Assembly: GCF_009914755.1 (NCBI RefSeq)
Contig: NC_060929.1
DNA length: 64,000 nt
From: the human T2T-CHM13v2.0 reference genome, Homo sapiens
Strand: one strand, 5' to 3'
The stretch's first letter is position 1; each line of letters begins with the position of its first letter. Positions 27,195 through 41,676 of the stretch are shown here, piece after piece. Made by a program: the position numbers and the translations under genes. Below the pieces are notes generated by a model. It made no database searches, was not told the DNA's origin, and was given only the letters and a program-made list of their open reading frames with translations.

Positions 27195-28774
27195 ATGTCA
27201 AACTGCTCTTAACAGGATTATCATTTTCCAACTACTTACTCGCCTTCCTCATTAATGTCATTTTTTCTTCTGCTTCTACTCTCAAGGAGAACTGAAGGAA
27301 AACCAAGAGAGACTACTTCAAACCAGATTCTGTGGCAAAAGGAAGCTTAAGTGGTATGGCCAGAGGATTGGAAGCATTTGAAGTAATGAAGATTTGTATA
27401 CAGTGATTTAAATATTTTGTTAAAAATGTCATACTCTTATTTAGATTAGACTTTAAGTAATAAATCTCAAACTAATTTTCAAAGGTGGCAAATTATTCCT
27501 CTTTATGAACGTTCTGTTGGATCATCTTCCTATGCTGTGGCATTGTCTGCCCTTAAACAGACTCAAATTTTTATTAAGTTTTATTCAATTCTGCAGGCTA
27601 TTTATTTTGATGTCATAAGCTCCTAAATTCTTGGCAAAACAAGGGGAATTGACAAGAAGGGATTATGAAGGTGTAAAGCTTAACAGAAATAAGGTTCCAA
27701 ACAAGATCAGAAAATCCATTTCTGGCGTAAGATTTACTCACTAATATGAAATAAATGTGAGGTTTTAAAATAACATAATGATGCTTTAAAATTTAAGTTC
27801 ATATTCACATTTTTAATTTTTCTTTGAAAATTGATTTTTTATACATATCTATCCACATTAATTTGAAAATATTTAGTGACCCACTGCTAAACAGGTCTTG
27901 TAAGTTATACCATGTCCTCTGAAAATCAAAGACTGAGATTTGCAAATTAAGACTTGGGATGCCCTGCTGAGAGGAAAAAGAAAACCAAACAATCAAACAA
28001 ACAGTCACCTACCATTTGGGGCTGAGCAGCTAGTTTAGATAGTTTTAAACAAAAATGCTTCATAACTGATCATACCTTTCAGCGTGTCACTGTTAAGGTT
28101 TTAGTTATTCTCTTTTTCTTTTAATGGAGTGGGGAGGAGGCCTATAGCATAATGGAGTCCACATGTATTTTGAAAAGTCTCTGAGGAGTAAAATCATTTG
28201 TAACCTATAAAGCATCCATCTAAAGCAAGTGAAAATGAGCCACACTTGTCAAGAATTAGAGAACTGGATGTTCTTTTAAAATTGTTCCTTCTTTAGCACA
28301 AGAGTTTGCTTTTAAAAATTTACTTCTAATCTCAGTTACAAGGATCAGTTCCATCTTCTAATTTAGACTTAGGGGACCTAACAAACAGCTCTCTTTGATA
28401 GGACTTTCGCGACTTTCATTCAAGAAGTTTATATTGTTTTATATTTGACTAACGCAATCCTCTGAGATGACCCTGTTATTTTAAAAGCATTTCCCATGAG
28501 AAACTAAACACCTATCAATTTTAATCCTTTTGCTTAGGAAAAGGACTTCTAAGAAAAAATTATCATCTCTAATACGGAAAAAAAGAACAAAAGTGTTTAA
28601 ACAAAGTTTTTGGCACACACGATGGCAGTTGTCTTTTGACTTAACTCTCTTGTCTTTGACTCTACTGTACTCCATCCAGGTGGCAAATGTCAAATTTGAC
28701 AGCTAGTGTCTCCCATGAGGTTGTATATGTGTGTGTATATATATACACATATGTATATACACATATATATATAT

Positions 28775-28826
<52 letters not shown>
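28775..28826. repeat. (TCTA)13 tetranucleotide microsatellite
   Basis: Perfect run, preceded by a TA/CA-rich tract. Confidence 0.97.
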
Positions 28827-29549
28827 CCTATAAAACGTTTGGTTTCTTTACACTGGATTCTATTAAAATCGAACTAAAGATATATGACATAATGATTCCA
28901 AATGACAAAGTATTTAATACTTTGGTGATTTCTAGGATAAATTTTGAAATATTTATGTTTATTCTCTGAGGTCACACTAGTGTTGATGTATACTTGTATA
29001 ACAGCTAGTATTTTTTCTATAAATCTTGCAATAAACTTTGACTAAAATCCGAGATATATCTGAGTTCAGAATGCTTACATTTTGTCAGTAACTCTCGCAC
29101 AACAGCTCCTCCTTTTATTCTGGTCACTTCTAATAATTCTGGAAGAACTAATTTAGGGAGAATATTTGCAAACAGTTAAACCTTTTTAAATTTCAAGAAC
29201 TGACTATCAAATGTGCATCACTCCTACCTTTATACATTAACATCACCCATCTCCTGTTACCTGCTACCTATCCCCATCATGCTGGTTCATCTTAAATCAC
29301 AAAACTAATATAACTTAACCATCTATTTTCAGAAGACAAGTTTATTCTGCCCTACAATACACATTCCCATGAAAAACTATACAGACAAGTTGGACAAGGG
29401 AAATGAGTAAGTTCAACCTCAGTTTTCCTTCCAATAAAATTAAAAGCTGTCCCCCTTGACTATCTCCATCCTCCCACGGGATGTACTGCAGTTAGTAGCT
29501 GTGAAGGACCCAAATATGTAGGTCAGTATGTGGCTTTGAGGCTCCAGAT

Positions 29550-29712
29550 CAGTGCTTCTCAAACCATCTGTAGTGAAGGAACACTTTATTTTTTTCTCAT
29601 CCTTAGGGACTAATATTTTTTGTCAGATATAATAAAAGTGAACTACTAGAAAAATGATCACATACTTGGATGTCACAGAAATGCCAAATTGCTCTAAAGG
29701 TTTCTAAATGCT
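29550..29712. mobile_element. hAT-Charlie family fragment
   Basis: Starts cagtgcttctcaaac (Charlie-type TIR); subfamily not assigned. Confidence 0.45.
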
Positions 29713-31184
29713 ATGAAAACTACTTTTTTAGGAAGGCTGGTATCTGCTGCAGTTTTCAAGCTCTTGTCATGGTGTAGAGTGCACCTTTCCAGCAGACCAC
29801 TGAAGGCCCCAACTATTGTTTGGAGAGTATGAAAAGAAGTGTTTTGCAGTGATCTCTCTGTATTACACCAATGAGTGGAGAAATAGAAAATGTTTCCTCT
29901 TTAGCACATACAGTGGCCAGAGAAGATTACTGTCTCCTTTGTGGTTAGTTCTCATATTCTCAAAGCAAAGATGATAATTCTCAAAGCAAAGCAATGATAG
30001 TAATATTTGCATGAATAAAAAAGAAGGAAAAGGCAAAAGAGAAAGACGAAGAGGAAGAAGAGGATGACAAGGAGGAAGAGGAGAAAGTGGCTACAGGGAC
30101 TAGCTTATGCTTCTATTGATTCTAGTATCACGTAACACTAGGAGGAACAACTGCAAGGCTAATTAAAGAGCAGTTGCACTTTACTTCTTTTGCACTGAGA
30201 ATTCCACTTTCTCTTTCGTCTTGTAGAAACTCTTAAAAGCTTCCATGGAGACAACCAGTGCAAATATTGAGACGTCCCACCTTTAGCAGTTTTCACAGTA
30301 TGGACTCCTAGTGTTTAAGATAGATGAAAATCCTAGCAAAACACTTTGCAAGTATTTTATAAAAATCAGCTTTAGGGCATACTTATTACTCTGAACTTTT
30401 TGTTTTTTAGTTTGCTTGGGGGTGACACAGTGTAGTCATGACACCTTTGTTCAAGTTGCTGTCTACAGATTTCTTAAGCTCAACTCAGGTAAATGCAAAA
30501 CCAGAAATGGTAGTGTCTGGAATTTATATGCTACAAATAACTGGTACAGAACTATGATGGTCAGAGATGACTGTAAGGCTAATCAGTATGGGGAATCACT
30601 ATCAGTAATTTCTTGGTATTATCAAGTTCATCCTTATCACCTCAGAGGATTCCTATTTTTTTAACGCGTTAATCTTGTATTAGCAAATGTTGCTTTTTAA
30701 AGAAAACGCTCTTTAGGACCCAGTAGAACAAGAAAGTATTAAACTTCTTGCATTATTTTCAAGGCAAGTGTGTCACACATAGCAGTCTGTGGGGTTGAAT
30801 ACTAGAAATTTTGCTACAACAAACTTAGAAGGAAGTTTCATTTCCCGATTCCTACCTGTTTCTTAGAAATCTGATGTATTGAGGTGGTATGTCACTTCCT
30901 GAAAATTTTCTAAAGGTTATTCTATGTTTAGCCCATTATTAGAGTTAGACATATTTTATGGCTTTATCAGATCTTCTGTTAAATTCCCAGGACACAGAAT
31001 ATTAGTTGAAAGTCTTAACACTATACTGGTCTTCATTAATTGGTGCTCAATGTACCCGACATAGCATCATCAGTGATATATTTTTAATGAAATGACAAAT
31101 GGTTATATTTTCATAAGAAACAATCAAGAAGAAAAAATATTTTATTAAAATAGTTTAATTTAAGTACATAATTCATCATTCGCT

Positions 31185-31420
31185 TAAGGACGGTTAAGAG
31201 TATAGACTGAGATCAGTCAAACCTGAACTTTAGTACAACCTTTGCTACTTCACGATTTGGTGTTGAACAAGATATCCTACTTCTCTTTTCTAAGTTTTCT
31301 CATGTTGTAAATTGGAATAATAGTACTACTTACATCAAATGATTTTAATAAAGACTAAGTGAGATATTTCAACGGGTGCTATGCACAGTTCCTAATACAA
31401 AATTAATGAACAATAAATAC
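31185..31420 (+). mobile_element. MIR
   Basis: ggttaagagtatagact...aagttttctcatgttgtaaattggaataatagtactact. Confidence 0.6.
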
Positions 31421-31452
31421 AAGTAGTTTCATGAAAGTTAATATTATAAGTA

Positions 31453-32072
31453 CCGTTACGCATCATTTAATGATGGAAATATATTCTGAGAAATGCACCG
31501 TTAGGCATTGTTCATTGTGTGAACATCGCGGAGTATACTTACACAAACCTAAAGGGTATTGCCTACTGCATACACATCTAGGCTACATTGCATAGCCTAT
31601 TGCTCCTAGGCTTCAAACATGTATGGCATGTTGCTATACTTACTACTGGAGGCAACTGCAAAATAATGCTAAGTATTTGTGTTTCTAAACATATCTAAAC
31701 ATAGACAAAGCATAGTAAGAATACAGTATAAAAGGTAAAAAATTGTTTTAAAAAATGTTCTATACAGTTGTATAGAGCACTTACCATGAATGAAACTTTC
31801 AGGAATGGAAGTTATTCTGGAGAGTGAGTGATTGGTGAGTAAATGTGAAGACCTAGCACATTACTGCACACTACCGTAGACTTTCTGAACACTCTACACT
31901 TAGGCTACATTAAATTTATTAAAAAATTAATAAATCGTGCAGTGACATTGAAACAACTATGACACCACTAGATAATAGGAATTTTTCAGCTTCATTAAAA
32001 TCTTATGGGATCACCATAGTATGTGCAGTCTATTATTGACTGAGAGAAACATAGTTACGCAGTGCATGACCA
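31453..32072. mobile_element. Tigger3/MER7-family non-autonomous DNA transposon
   Basis: Degenerate cagtcatgc TIRs, TA on both sides, ttctgagaaatgc...tacttacacaaaccta internal motifs. Confidence 0.85.
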
Positions 32073-32714
32073 TATTGGTATCTTTGCAGTTCTACATAGA
32101 TTTTCACGTCATTAATCTTCATTACTGGCAAAATTAATAGAGTTTATCATATGTGAGTGGGCATATTATTTCCATAGAAGCATAAGCAATTTATTTTGAT
32201 CATATCTATCTAAAAAAAAAGAAATTCCTATTCCTTGTTTTCATATTTATGGATGCAAGGTTTTCTTCCAAATGTGACTGCATTCGTTTTCCTTTTCAGA
32301 ACCTTATGTTCATAAGCTCTTGAGAATGTATTGTCATAGAAGTTACTTCTTAGAAATGATACTTAGATACTTAGTAATGGTGATTATATCTTTCCTAAGA
32401 GGCTTATACACAACACCTTATGACAAAATCCAATCCTTTCTCCAGGAAGCAACCATTGTGTTATTGACAGTGGTAGTGATGTATGATGTGCATTATTCCA
32501 TGAAAAATTCTGAGAAATAGACTGAAGAGAAATTGTCCAATAAAGCAGTTTTCTTGGTTATTCATATACTACTAAGTTGACATATCTTGAGCTCAGGGTC
32601 ATTCATTAGCATTGTTGAAATTACAGCAGGTTCTAGAAAAGTCTATCTCTGGGCCTTTTGAAGGAGACATGATGGCAGGAGTTAATTGCTTTTATGTGCT
32701 TTGTAGTTTAGTGA

Positions 32715-32900
32715 TGAGTAGCAGATACTCAGGAGCAAGACTTAGGAAGGTTCAAATCCTAGCTCTTCTGATTACTGGCCATATGGGCTTGAAAAAGTTT
32801 AATCTCTCAGGGTCCCTGTTTCTTCACTATAAAATAATAGCAAGAGCTCCTACCTCGTAGGACTTTTTTCTAGACTCTAGCAAATCAATACATGCAAAGA
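32715..32900 (+). mobile_element. MIR
   Basis: ggttcaaatcctagctct...tttaatctctcagggtccctgtttcttcactataaaat. Confidence 0.65.
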
Positions 32901-34839
32901 GAAAGCACCATGATCAAGGCATCATGTAATCTGGAGTATTTTAGTAGTTGCTAAACTATGTTCTAAATTACTTTTATACAAAATCGTCTCAAGATTGTCT
33001 CTTCCCTTGGCAGAACATGCACCAAACATCTTTGAAATTAAAAGTAGAATGCACATTGCCTATTTCTTGAATTTAAAGCAGAACTTTTTTTTTTAATTTC
33101 CACAAGCTAGGCAGAGCAATTATACAAGCCAAGCTACATTTGATCTGATCCAGAGATATTTTATAAGTAACTTCCTTTTAAACATTTTTGGTCACAGTAT
33201 TGTAGAGAAGTCCTTACCATAACATACATAAATATTATGAGTTGAATCCACTCTTCAATTTCTGAATTTCGGTTTTACTGGATGAAGCCTTTCCCAGGAA
33301 AATTATAATAATTAGGTTTTTGTTTTATCAAGAGTCTCTATTAGATAATCTTTTCTTGTGAATTACACAGGCAATGCAATTCCAAATGATGTATTCCAAA
33401 ATCCTGACAAATTTATTGTTCAGGCATGTGGCTCAACTCCCAATAAGCAACAATGTATTTGACATGGTTGAAATCTCTGAATAAATGAGGCTGGTGCGAA
33501 GTGTATTTACAGTAATCACACAAGTTTATTAAAGATCTTTGTCTTAGGCAAGGCAGAAAGAGGGAGAAATCTTTCTATGGCACAAATGCAGGCAATAGTC
33601 CGAATAAACATGGTCTTATAATATTACCCTCTGTTTTGTTAGCTTCAGAGTTAATAAAAGTTATTCAGCATGTAAACATAAGGAAGCAAATTAAGTGGAA
33701 TCAAACTGTCGAATTGCAATAAACTCCAAGCCTTTTTGGGCCACGGTAAATTTTAGTACTTGTTTCTACCCATAGTTCTTTAAAAGACATTTTCATCATA
33801 TGTTGTGATTCAGTTTTCTTTCAAAAGCAACCTTATTCTCATCATCAAAAATGTTCCTTTGGGAGTTTAGGAAATAGATACTTTTACCTTTTAATTGCTT
33901 ATTTTCCCTTTAACAATGCTACCTTGAACCATTTTTTAAGTCCTTATATATACAGAAATAATAAAATCAAACTGAACAAACATACACACACAAGCATAGA
34001 CACCAGAAAATATCTTTTGGCATGAAAAACCTGCTTTGATATGTTTTCAGCTCCGGTCACAAAGAGAAGCTATTCTGGTCATTTCCAATATAGAAGTAAG
34101 AATGAGGTGATGAGAGAGAATATAAGACAAAATGGTAGAAGTGTGCACTGCAGCAAAACAGCCCAAACATAATTGACTAGACTTATTTCATGTCAGATAC
34201 ACAGATCCAAAACAACCATGTTATCTCTGCTTTGGTTTCCAATGTTTAGAATGTTTGGATTATATGTACCTTGTATTCAGTTTTCACATTTTCCTTGTTA
34301 AAATGAATAGAGAAGTTATTGTAATTCAGTGCTTATCAGAAATTCAGTGCTTTCTTGGTTTGAAATCTTTACAAATAATAACTTTTAAAAAGTATCATTA
34401 ATCCTTTTCTGCCTTTATTTATGCCCCTACTGGAAACAAAAAAAAAATTAGCTTACAACATCAAAGTTCTGCATGATTTTTAGTACATTATACTTGAAGA
34501 AAACTGAGTTTTGAACAATTGGTTCTCATTTTTTAAATCCCATTGCATAAGCAGCTTTGCTTGGAAACTAATACAAATATACTTACATTCATTTCCATTC
34601 AGTTTATATATTCTGGGATAAGTCTGGGTAGTAGTCTATTTTTCTGCATTAAAATGTGCAAGCTATTTTAAGTTTGAATAGTAAATGTTGATGAATAATT
34701 TTCATGATTATAAAAATCATCTTAGAGAAAAATATCGGTAAAAATGGGAGTAAAAGTGAACACATTTAAAGATGCAGTAGTAACGCATTAAATGACCCAG
34801 ATTCTAGAGAAAACATTCTTTTTATTTTCTTTTTCTTTC

Positions 34840-34842
34840 CAT

Positions 34843-34873
<31 letters not shown>

Positions 34874-35020
34874 TTTGAGATGGGTTCTTGCTGTGTCACC
34901 CAGGCTAGAGTGTAGTGGTGTGATTATAGCTCACTGCAACCTTAAACTCCCGGGATTAAGTGTTCCTACCTCACTCACCTAAGTAGCTAGGACTAAGGCA
35001 TGTACCACCAGGCCTGGCTA
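34840..35020 (-). mobile_element. Alu right monomer (FRAM/AluJ-like) with (TTTA)n tail
   Basis: cacccaggctagagtgtagtggtgtgattatagctcactgcaacc; single arm only. Confidence 0.85.
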
Positions 35021-35389
35021 AAGATAATATAGATAATATGGATTCATATCCATAATTCAGCAAATATGCATATGCAAGTATAAATATAAGAATTTGCAAT
35101 AAGAATATGCAAGTATAAGAATATGCAAGTATAGTTCAGAAAAAGGAATATTTGTCTCTCAGGCAAATAATAATTCTAATTAGATTTATATTATTTTGGT
35201 ATTAAAAACAAAAGTAACATTGCATTTCATGCCTGCTTCTGAGAAGATAATGTAAAGATACATTGCAGGTCAAGGGGAAGAGAAAGATACAGCACAAGTG
35301 GGCTATAAAGTATGTATTAATAGTTACCTTGGATACATCAGAGAAATGTGAGAGAAAGAAAGAGGGAGAGAAAGACAGAGAAAGAAGCT

Positions 35390-35520
35390 AATTTGCCTGT
35401 ATGATGTGAAACTTCTAAGTAATTTTAAATTTGGTTTTCATACCTATAAAATGGGAATAAAAATAATGCCTATATCCTAGGATTGTTGTAAAGATTGCAT
35501 TAGCTAATATGTAAAGGATG
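35390..35520 (+). mobile_element. MIR fragment
   Basis: ttttcatacctataaaatgggaataaaaataatgcctatatcctaggattgttgtaaagatt. Confidence 0.6.
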
Positions 35521-36899
35521 ATAGCCTTGCTTATTCAAGTGTGGTAAATGTAAGTATGATATATTGTGTTTCTCGTTCCCAGACCACACCATGGTAGATC
35601 CATAGTAGATGGATCACAATAAAAATCACACACACAAAAAAAACTGTGGCTCTGCCACAAGCACCATAGTCAATGAAATTCCAGACTCCAAAAACAGGTA
35701 CTTTTTCCTTTATTCAGGGGTTTTCTAAAGTGTTTGAAAACTGACAGCCCTTGGAAACATTTGGAATGCCTCTGTGCAGTGCTCTTAACAGCTGCTGCTG
35801 GTGATTCTAAAAAAATTCCCTAGATGTGCTTCCACATCCTTACCTGTTCCCATGTCCCGGTCAATTTTATGCCTCACCTCCATTTACCTCCTTTTAAGGG
35901 TCATCATGAAATAGTGGAGGAAAACCAGCTTCATATTTCCACATCCAGATGACTTTTCAAAACATTTTCAAAGTATGCTCCAATTTTCTATAGCTTCTCT
36001 GGTTAGAAAATTATCTGATGTGTTCATCTTGATTAGAGAGCCTCCTCTGTCAAGAATTCTGGTATAGAGTTCTGAGGCTAGGCAAAATCATAAATGTCAG
36101 TAGAAGTGTATGAAAGATGAACCATATGTAGTTTTCCAAAATCAGATTTTTCCCTACTTTTTGCCCTCCAATGCACCTTTATTGCCTGTCTCATAAGTCC
36201 CTTATGATGAGTTTCTTCTCATTCACTTATGTGGTCTGAGAATTTAAGTACAGATTGCTTGGGATGGGAAGTCTCCGTTTAGGGAGCAGCCATTGCTCTT
36301 AGGCATCCAGTCATTGTTCCTAATGTAATGACTTCCTTCCACCACCAGCAAACAGAGTCTCAGCACACCCACAAATATACAGCTGTGCCCCTTGCTCTGA
36401 GCTAACCACTAGAGAAGCAATTGAGAATTAATCAAATTTGAGAAACTAAAATTAAAATATATTTGCCACTAATATGCATGATTTAAGGTTTTAAGGTTTT
36501 CTCACAAATGAAGACAGATGGATTACATAGTTAATATAAGGCTGAGTGATTATGGTTGAATAAATAAATGAGAAAGGAGAACAAAGGAGAAAGAATTTGA
36601 CTGGGTAGGAAGTGAGACAATTTTGATGTCAGCAGTAGCAAAAGCCTAAGGAGAACATGATAAAAATGCTGTAAAATGTATAGTGCGTATTGTGTATTAT
36701 CATACTTTAAAATTGTAAAGATAAATAGATACTTTATCACCTGGGAATGCCGGGTTACAAAAATTTCACTTAGTGTCTTAAAAAGATCTGCTGGATCTGC
36801 ATATCTGCAGTCCAGGTATAGTGTGCACATTCAGGAACAAAAGAAGGAGGCAGATTGTATTAGCATATCCTGGCTTTTTTCCATATTCTTCTAGCTGAC

Positions 36900-36901
<2 letters not shown>

Positions 36902-36934
<33 letters not shown>
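36902..36934. repeat. (CA)n microsatellite
   Basis: Perfect run. Confidence 0.97.
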
Positions 36935-36938
<4 letters not shown>

Positions 36939-38218
36939 TGAACACACACTGCTGTTATTGCTATTGTTGTTTACATATATATTCATTTACTTTGCTGGAT
37001 ATGCTTACATTCCCAGCCCTATCTACAAAGGAGTTTTAGAAATTTCTCATTTTAGCTTTCTACTCTTGGTCATATTGGTTGGCACAGAAGGAGTGTGGAG
37101 TAAATGTTGGGTGAGAGAACACACAATGGATTTCAACTATTTAGACTATTTACTTAACAACAAACAACTATGTGCGTTTCCACACAAAAGATAAATACAT
37201 GTTCCACGGGCTGTCAATGTCATTTCAAGAGCAAATGCTATTACATAAAAATATAAAGATTGCCCTATGATTGAATCTCAATTGAAATAGCCACTCTCTA
37301 TTTGGAACAGTTTGGTCAAGGTAGTGGAACCCAGGTATTATTCGATTTTCTGGCTAATGAAAACACCAACATAATAGTGATCATAATAGTGATGATAGGA
37401 ACCTATTAAGTTCAATTGTGGTGGAAATGTGAAGATTCTATTTTGCTTAATATACACATTTTATATCTTGAATGAAAAGTATATGCTTTCTATTTATTGA
37501 AGCATTTGCAATGTAATGTTTCCAGTACATTAAATTTTTAAAAATATAGTTAAAAGAGAAGTTGTTTCACTCTTCCCTCAGATTTTGGAGAGGGCCTGCA
37601 TTTTACAATAAAATGATTTGGAAAGTTAGACATTAGCTCATCAAGTTAGTACTCTGTTTATTATTCAACTTTGATCACAGGAATGTAAATATTTTTCTTT
37701 TTTATCATTTCTGAAAAAAAGGGAAAGAGCAATATTTTCAAGTATCAAAATGTTTATATAAACAAACTTCTCTTCTCAAGCCTTCTCTTCCGAAATAATC
37801 ACCACCTGAGTTTCTCCTCTAAATTTGATGATAGCTAAAGAAAATCTATTCGAGGGAACTTGGAATGAGTCTTCCACACTCTCCAAGCCAGCCACTTGCC
37901 CTATTGTGTGTGGCTCCAGCACACTGCTGGAATAGACATTGTTTTCTTATTTTAATTTGCAGATATTTTAAATTCAAGGAAGATAATTTTAAAAGGGAGC
38001 AAATATCCTATCTAGCACACTGGTACTTTGGAGTATAAATTGTATTTGCACTTACCAAAAGGAAGAGGAAAGTGAGGCAAATTACACAACCAATTTCATC
38101 ATCTCTTGCAACAAGCTGAGTCTTTAAAAAATTAATTGCTCTCTTGAGCAATCTCTATCTCCCCTATAGAATTATAAATAAATAATTAAAAAAATAATTT
38201 CTTCTCCTTTTTCACCTT

Positions 38219-38802
<584 letters not shown>

Positions 38803-40299
38803 GATTCATTTTCTTAATAGTTATTTTGATTTACATTCATGGAGGGGAATTAAGGTTTATTATTGTAGAAGGAGGAGAATTTTTCTCTTAACATTACTAG
38901 GTATATAATCCAATAATGGGAATTGAGAAAAGAGTGAGTATTTTCCCTAATTTGGGGGGTGTCAAGGCAGGAGTGCCAAAAATCCACGAGCATTAAAAGG
39001 AAATCTGCTGCTGTTGAATTGGGAAGAAGGTCTGTAGCTTCCTCTTGTCTCACCCACCGTCACAAACATACTAGCCTGAACAGAAACTGGGCCATGAGAA
39101 TGCTTCAGAGAAAGCCATAGCACCAGAGGATTAATCCCTAAGAGCAGCACTGAACGTTCCCATGAAAAAACACAATTGAAAGTCCTAATGTACTTGTATA
39201 TTCTTGGAAAATAACAGGTTTTATGACAAAATTACCCATATAGGCTTCTAGCCAACCTTTCCTAGTGGAATCTTGGAGCCTTTCCTTGTCCTATTTAGAT
39301 AAACACTGATGCTTAATGTCTCTAGCTTCTGAAGAAGAAAGTTTTCTCTTTCCTTGAGGAGTAAGAGAAGAGGTATGTTAGTGTTGCGTTTGTAAAACTA
39401 TAATTTGATTCCACCTCCTAAGAAGGCAGAGCTTTCCCCACTGAAAGCTACTGCATTTACAGAGCTGTTTGGCCATATCCTTCAAGTGGACTGAGTCTTT
39501 ACAAAAACTTGAAAATGGTTGTACATCTAAACTGCATTAATTGGAGTCTGGAAAAAAAGTCTAGATACAAAGTAGAAGTTAATCTTAAATCTTGTATTTT
39601 AATAGACATAATTTTAGAATAAGAGTTAAATAGCCTAGGCTTTTTTTCTTCTGAATATAGTAGTATAGCAAGTAAACACTGTAGATTATCAAATAATCTG
39701 TATGCAATGCAAAATCTACCATCGTGATATCTGGCTACTGAAAACTTTTTGAAAAATCACCAAAATATTAAAAGCTGAAGTAATGTATCAAGCATGTCAT
39801 TATATTCTTTATTTTAGTCTATTTTATTTTGTGACCCGCTCATATATACTCTGTGGGAAAAAGAGCAGAGGGAGGTATTAATTTAGCTGTCTCATGAGTT
39901 ACATGAAGCAGGTGAGCTCACGTTACCTAATTATACAGTTACCTAAGCTTCTTAGGTATGTCTTGAAGAAGCCTATACTTTTATAAAATTTGATTCTGGT
40001 ATTATAATATTTACTCTGCATCCTCTGAGGGGATTTTAATAAATTAATTTTAGATTCTTTGAGAAAAAAACTGATGTGTTGCTCCGCATTACACAAAATT
40101 TCAAACATAGTCCCACTGAGATATCTCCTGGCACATTCTACTCAAACTTATCTTTAGCGTAGATATGGTTCTGTGCATTTACAATATAACAGCCTTGGGT
40201 ATATGTTGCACTCTGTAAGATTCTAACAGACAAGTATTAGCAAGCATCATGTTCACCTTTTAACAATGCATCAGTGAGTCGCTTCTGAGACTGATTTAA

Positions 40300-40486
40300 A
40301 TGCATTTGAATGTTCAATCCAATATGAATGTGAAGGCATTTAAATGAATTCAGTGTGTTTATCTGAATCTGAGATCATGCCGTACATGTTTATTTGAATG
40401 TGTGATGTGCAATCAATCAAATAAATGCACTGAGTGGATTTATGTCATTCTGTGATAGCACATTCAAATAAATGCCTTTAACATTT
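40300..40486. repeat. Cluster of direct and inverted copies of a GCATTTATTTGAATGTG-like motif
   Basis: Perfect 14-bp inverted repeat at 40389-40402 / 40459-40472 plus two imperfect nested arms. Confidence 0.7.
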
Positions 40487-41041
40487 ACAGTGATGTAAAA
40501 ATGTAAACTAGAAAGAATATTTTTCTTCATTTTTATACAAAGCATGAAAAGGATATAATTTCTTAACTTGAAGGGTACATATATTGTGTAATGACCATAT
40601 GAAAAACCATATGGTTTTTAGTAATCACGTTAAAAAATTGTTTTAGTCTATTTTCTAGTTACAATTCCTACACTTCCCAAATAAACTTGTCACAGGAAAA
40701 CTAATCAGTTAATTTTAGTCATTATGGCATCAATAGCAGTCTCCTAATAAATTTGGCTACCCCAAGGAATATTGATTTTGAAAAGAAGAATTGTCCATTA
40801 TTCAGTGACAGACACACCTGTGATTCTGAACACAAGGAAGTGGGTGGGAACTCACATTTATTATCTTCTGGCCTAAAGATACTTTTAGTAGACCACAGTT
40901 AATACAAAGGAGAATATATCAAGTATTATCTGCAGAAATATACACGTCAGCTCAAGTGGAGACTGGACATTGACTTCATTTCATCAAAATCAACAGCTAG
41001 CTAAAAATGATGTAAGACATACTCTCTATCACCCATTGACA

Positions 41042-41042
<1 letters not shown>

Positions 41043-41088
<46 letters not shown>
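41043..41088. repeat. (CA)23 microsatellite
   Basis: Perfect run. Confidence 0.97.
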
Positions 41089-41091
<3 letters not shown>

Positions 41092-41676
41092 GAATTTACT
41101 GCCTCAAAAATTTATGACATAAAAAATTATGTATAACAAAAACCCTGGAGATTCTAAGTAGACCAAATAATCCTAATTTTGATAAAATCATTTTTAAACA
41201 AATATTCCACACAGATGGATGTCTGAAGCCCTTATTTTAGCATTTTATATTAAGAAAGTGAGGTAATTTTTCTGTTTTGGTTCTTTTGTTTAGTTTTGTT
41301 AGAAATGGGAAAGATGGGGAAATTTGTTGATTAGTGTAATGAATGGATGTCAGGGAAGAACTTGTTCACTCCAAAAGGATGACTCAAATCTTGCCTAGGT
41401 AGCTTTGCTTCTAGGGAAGGAATGCTGCAAATGACAGACCTGAGCCCTGAAACAGCCAGGATCAGCATTCAACATAAGTAGCTGGATACACCTCTGCCAA
41501 TAATTCCTTTTTATTGTGATCACAGTCAATACCATATTCTAGAGATGAATACGGAAATTTCTAATAGTGTTTCTGTATCCCTCTTTATACACATGGATAC
41601 AATACACAGACACACACACTGTATACTCACTCATCCTTACTCTCACCCATATTCCCAAATAAATGCAGTTAGCCTC

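Noticed and set aside
28688-28701. 14-bp perfect palindrome tgtcaaatttgaca
   Set aside because: Several palindromes of this length are expected by chance in 64 kb
30020-30088. Purine tract reading as an acidic peptide (KDEEEEEDDKEEEEK)
   Set aside because: Low-complexity GA-rich sequence with no surrounding ORF or splice context
40602-40619. 18-bp perfect palindrome aaaaaccatatggttttt
   Set aside because: Mostly A/T runs; roughly chance-level in AT-rich DNA of this length
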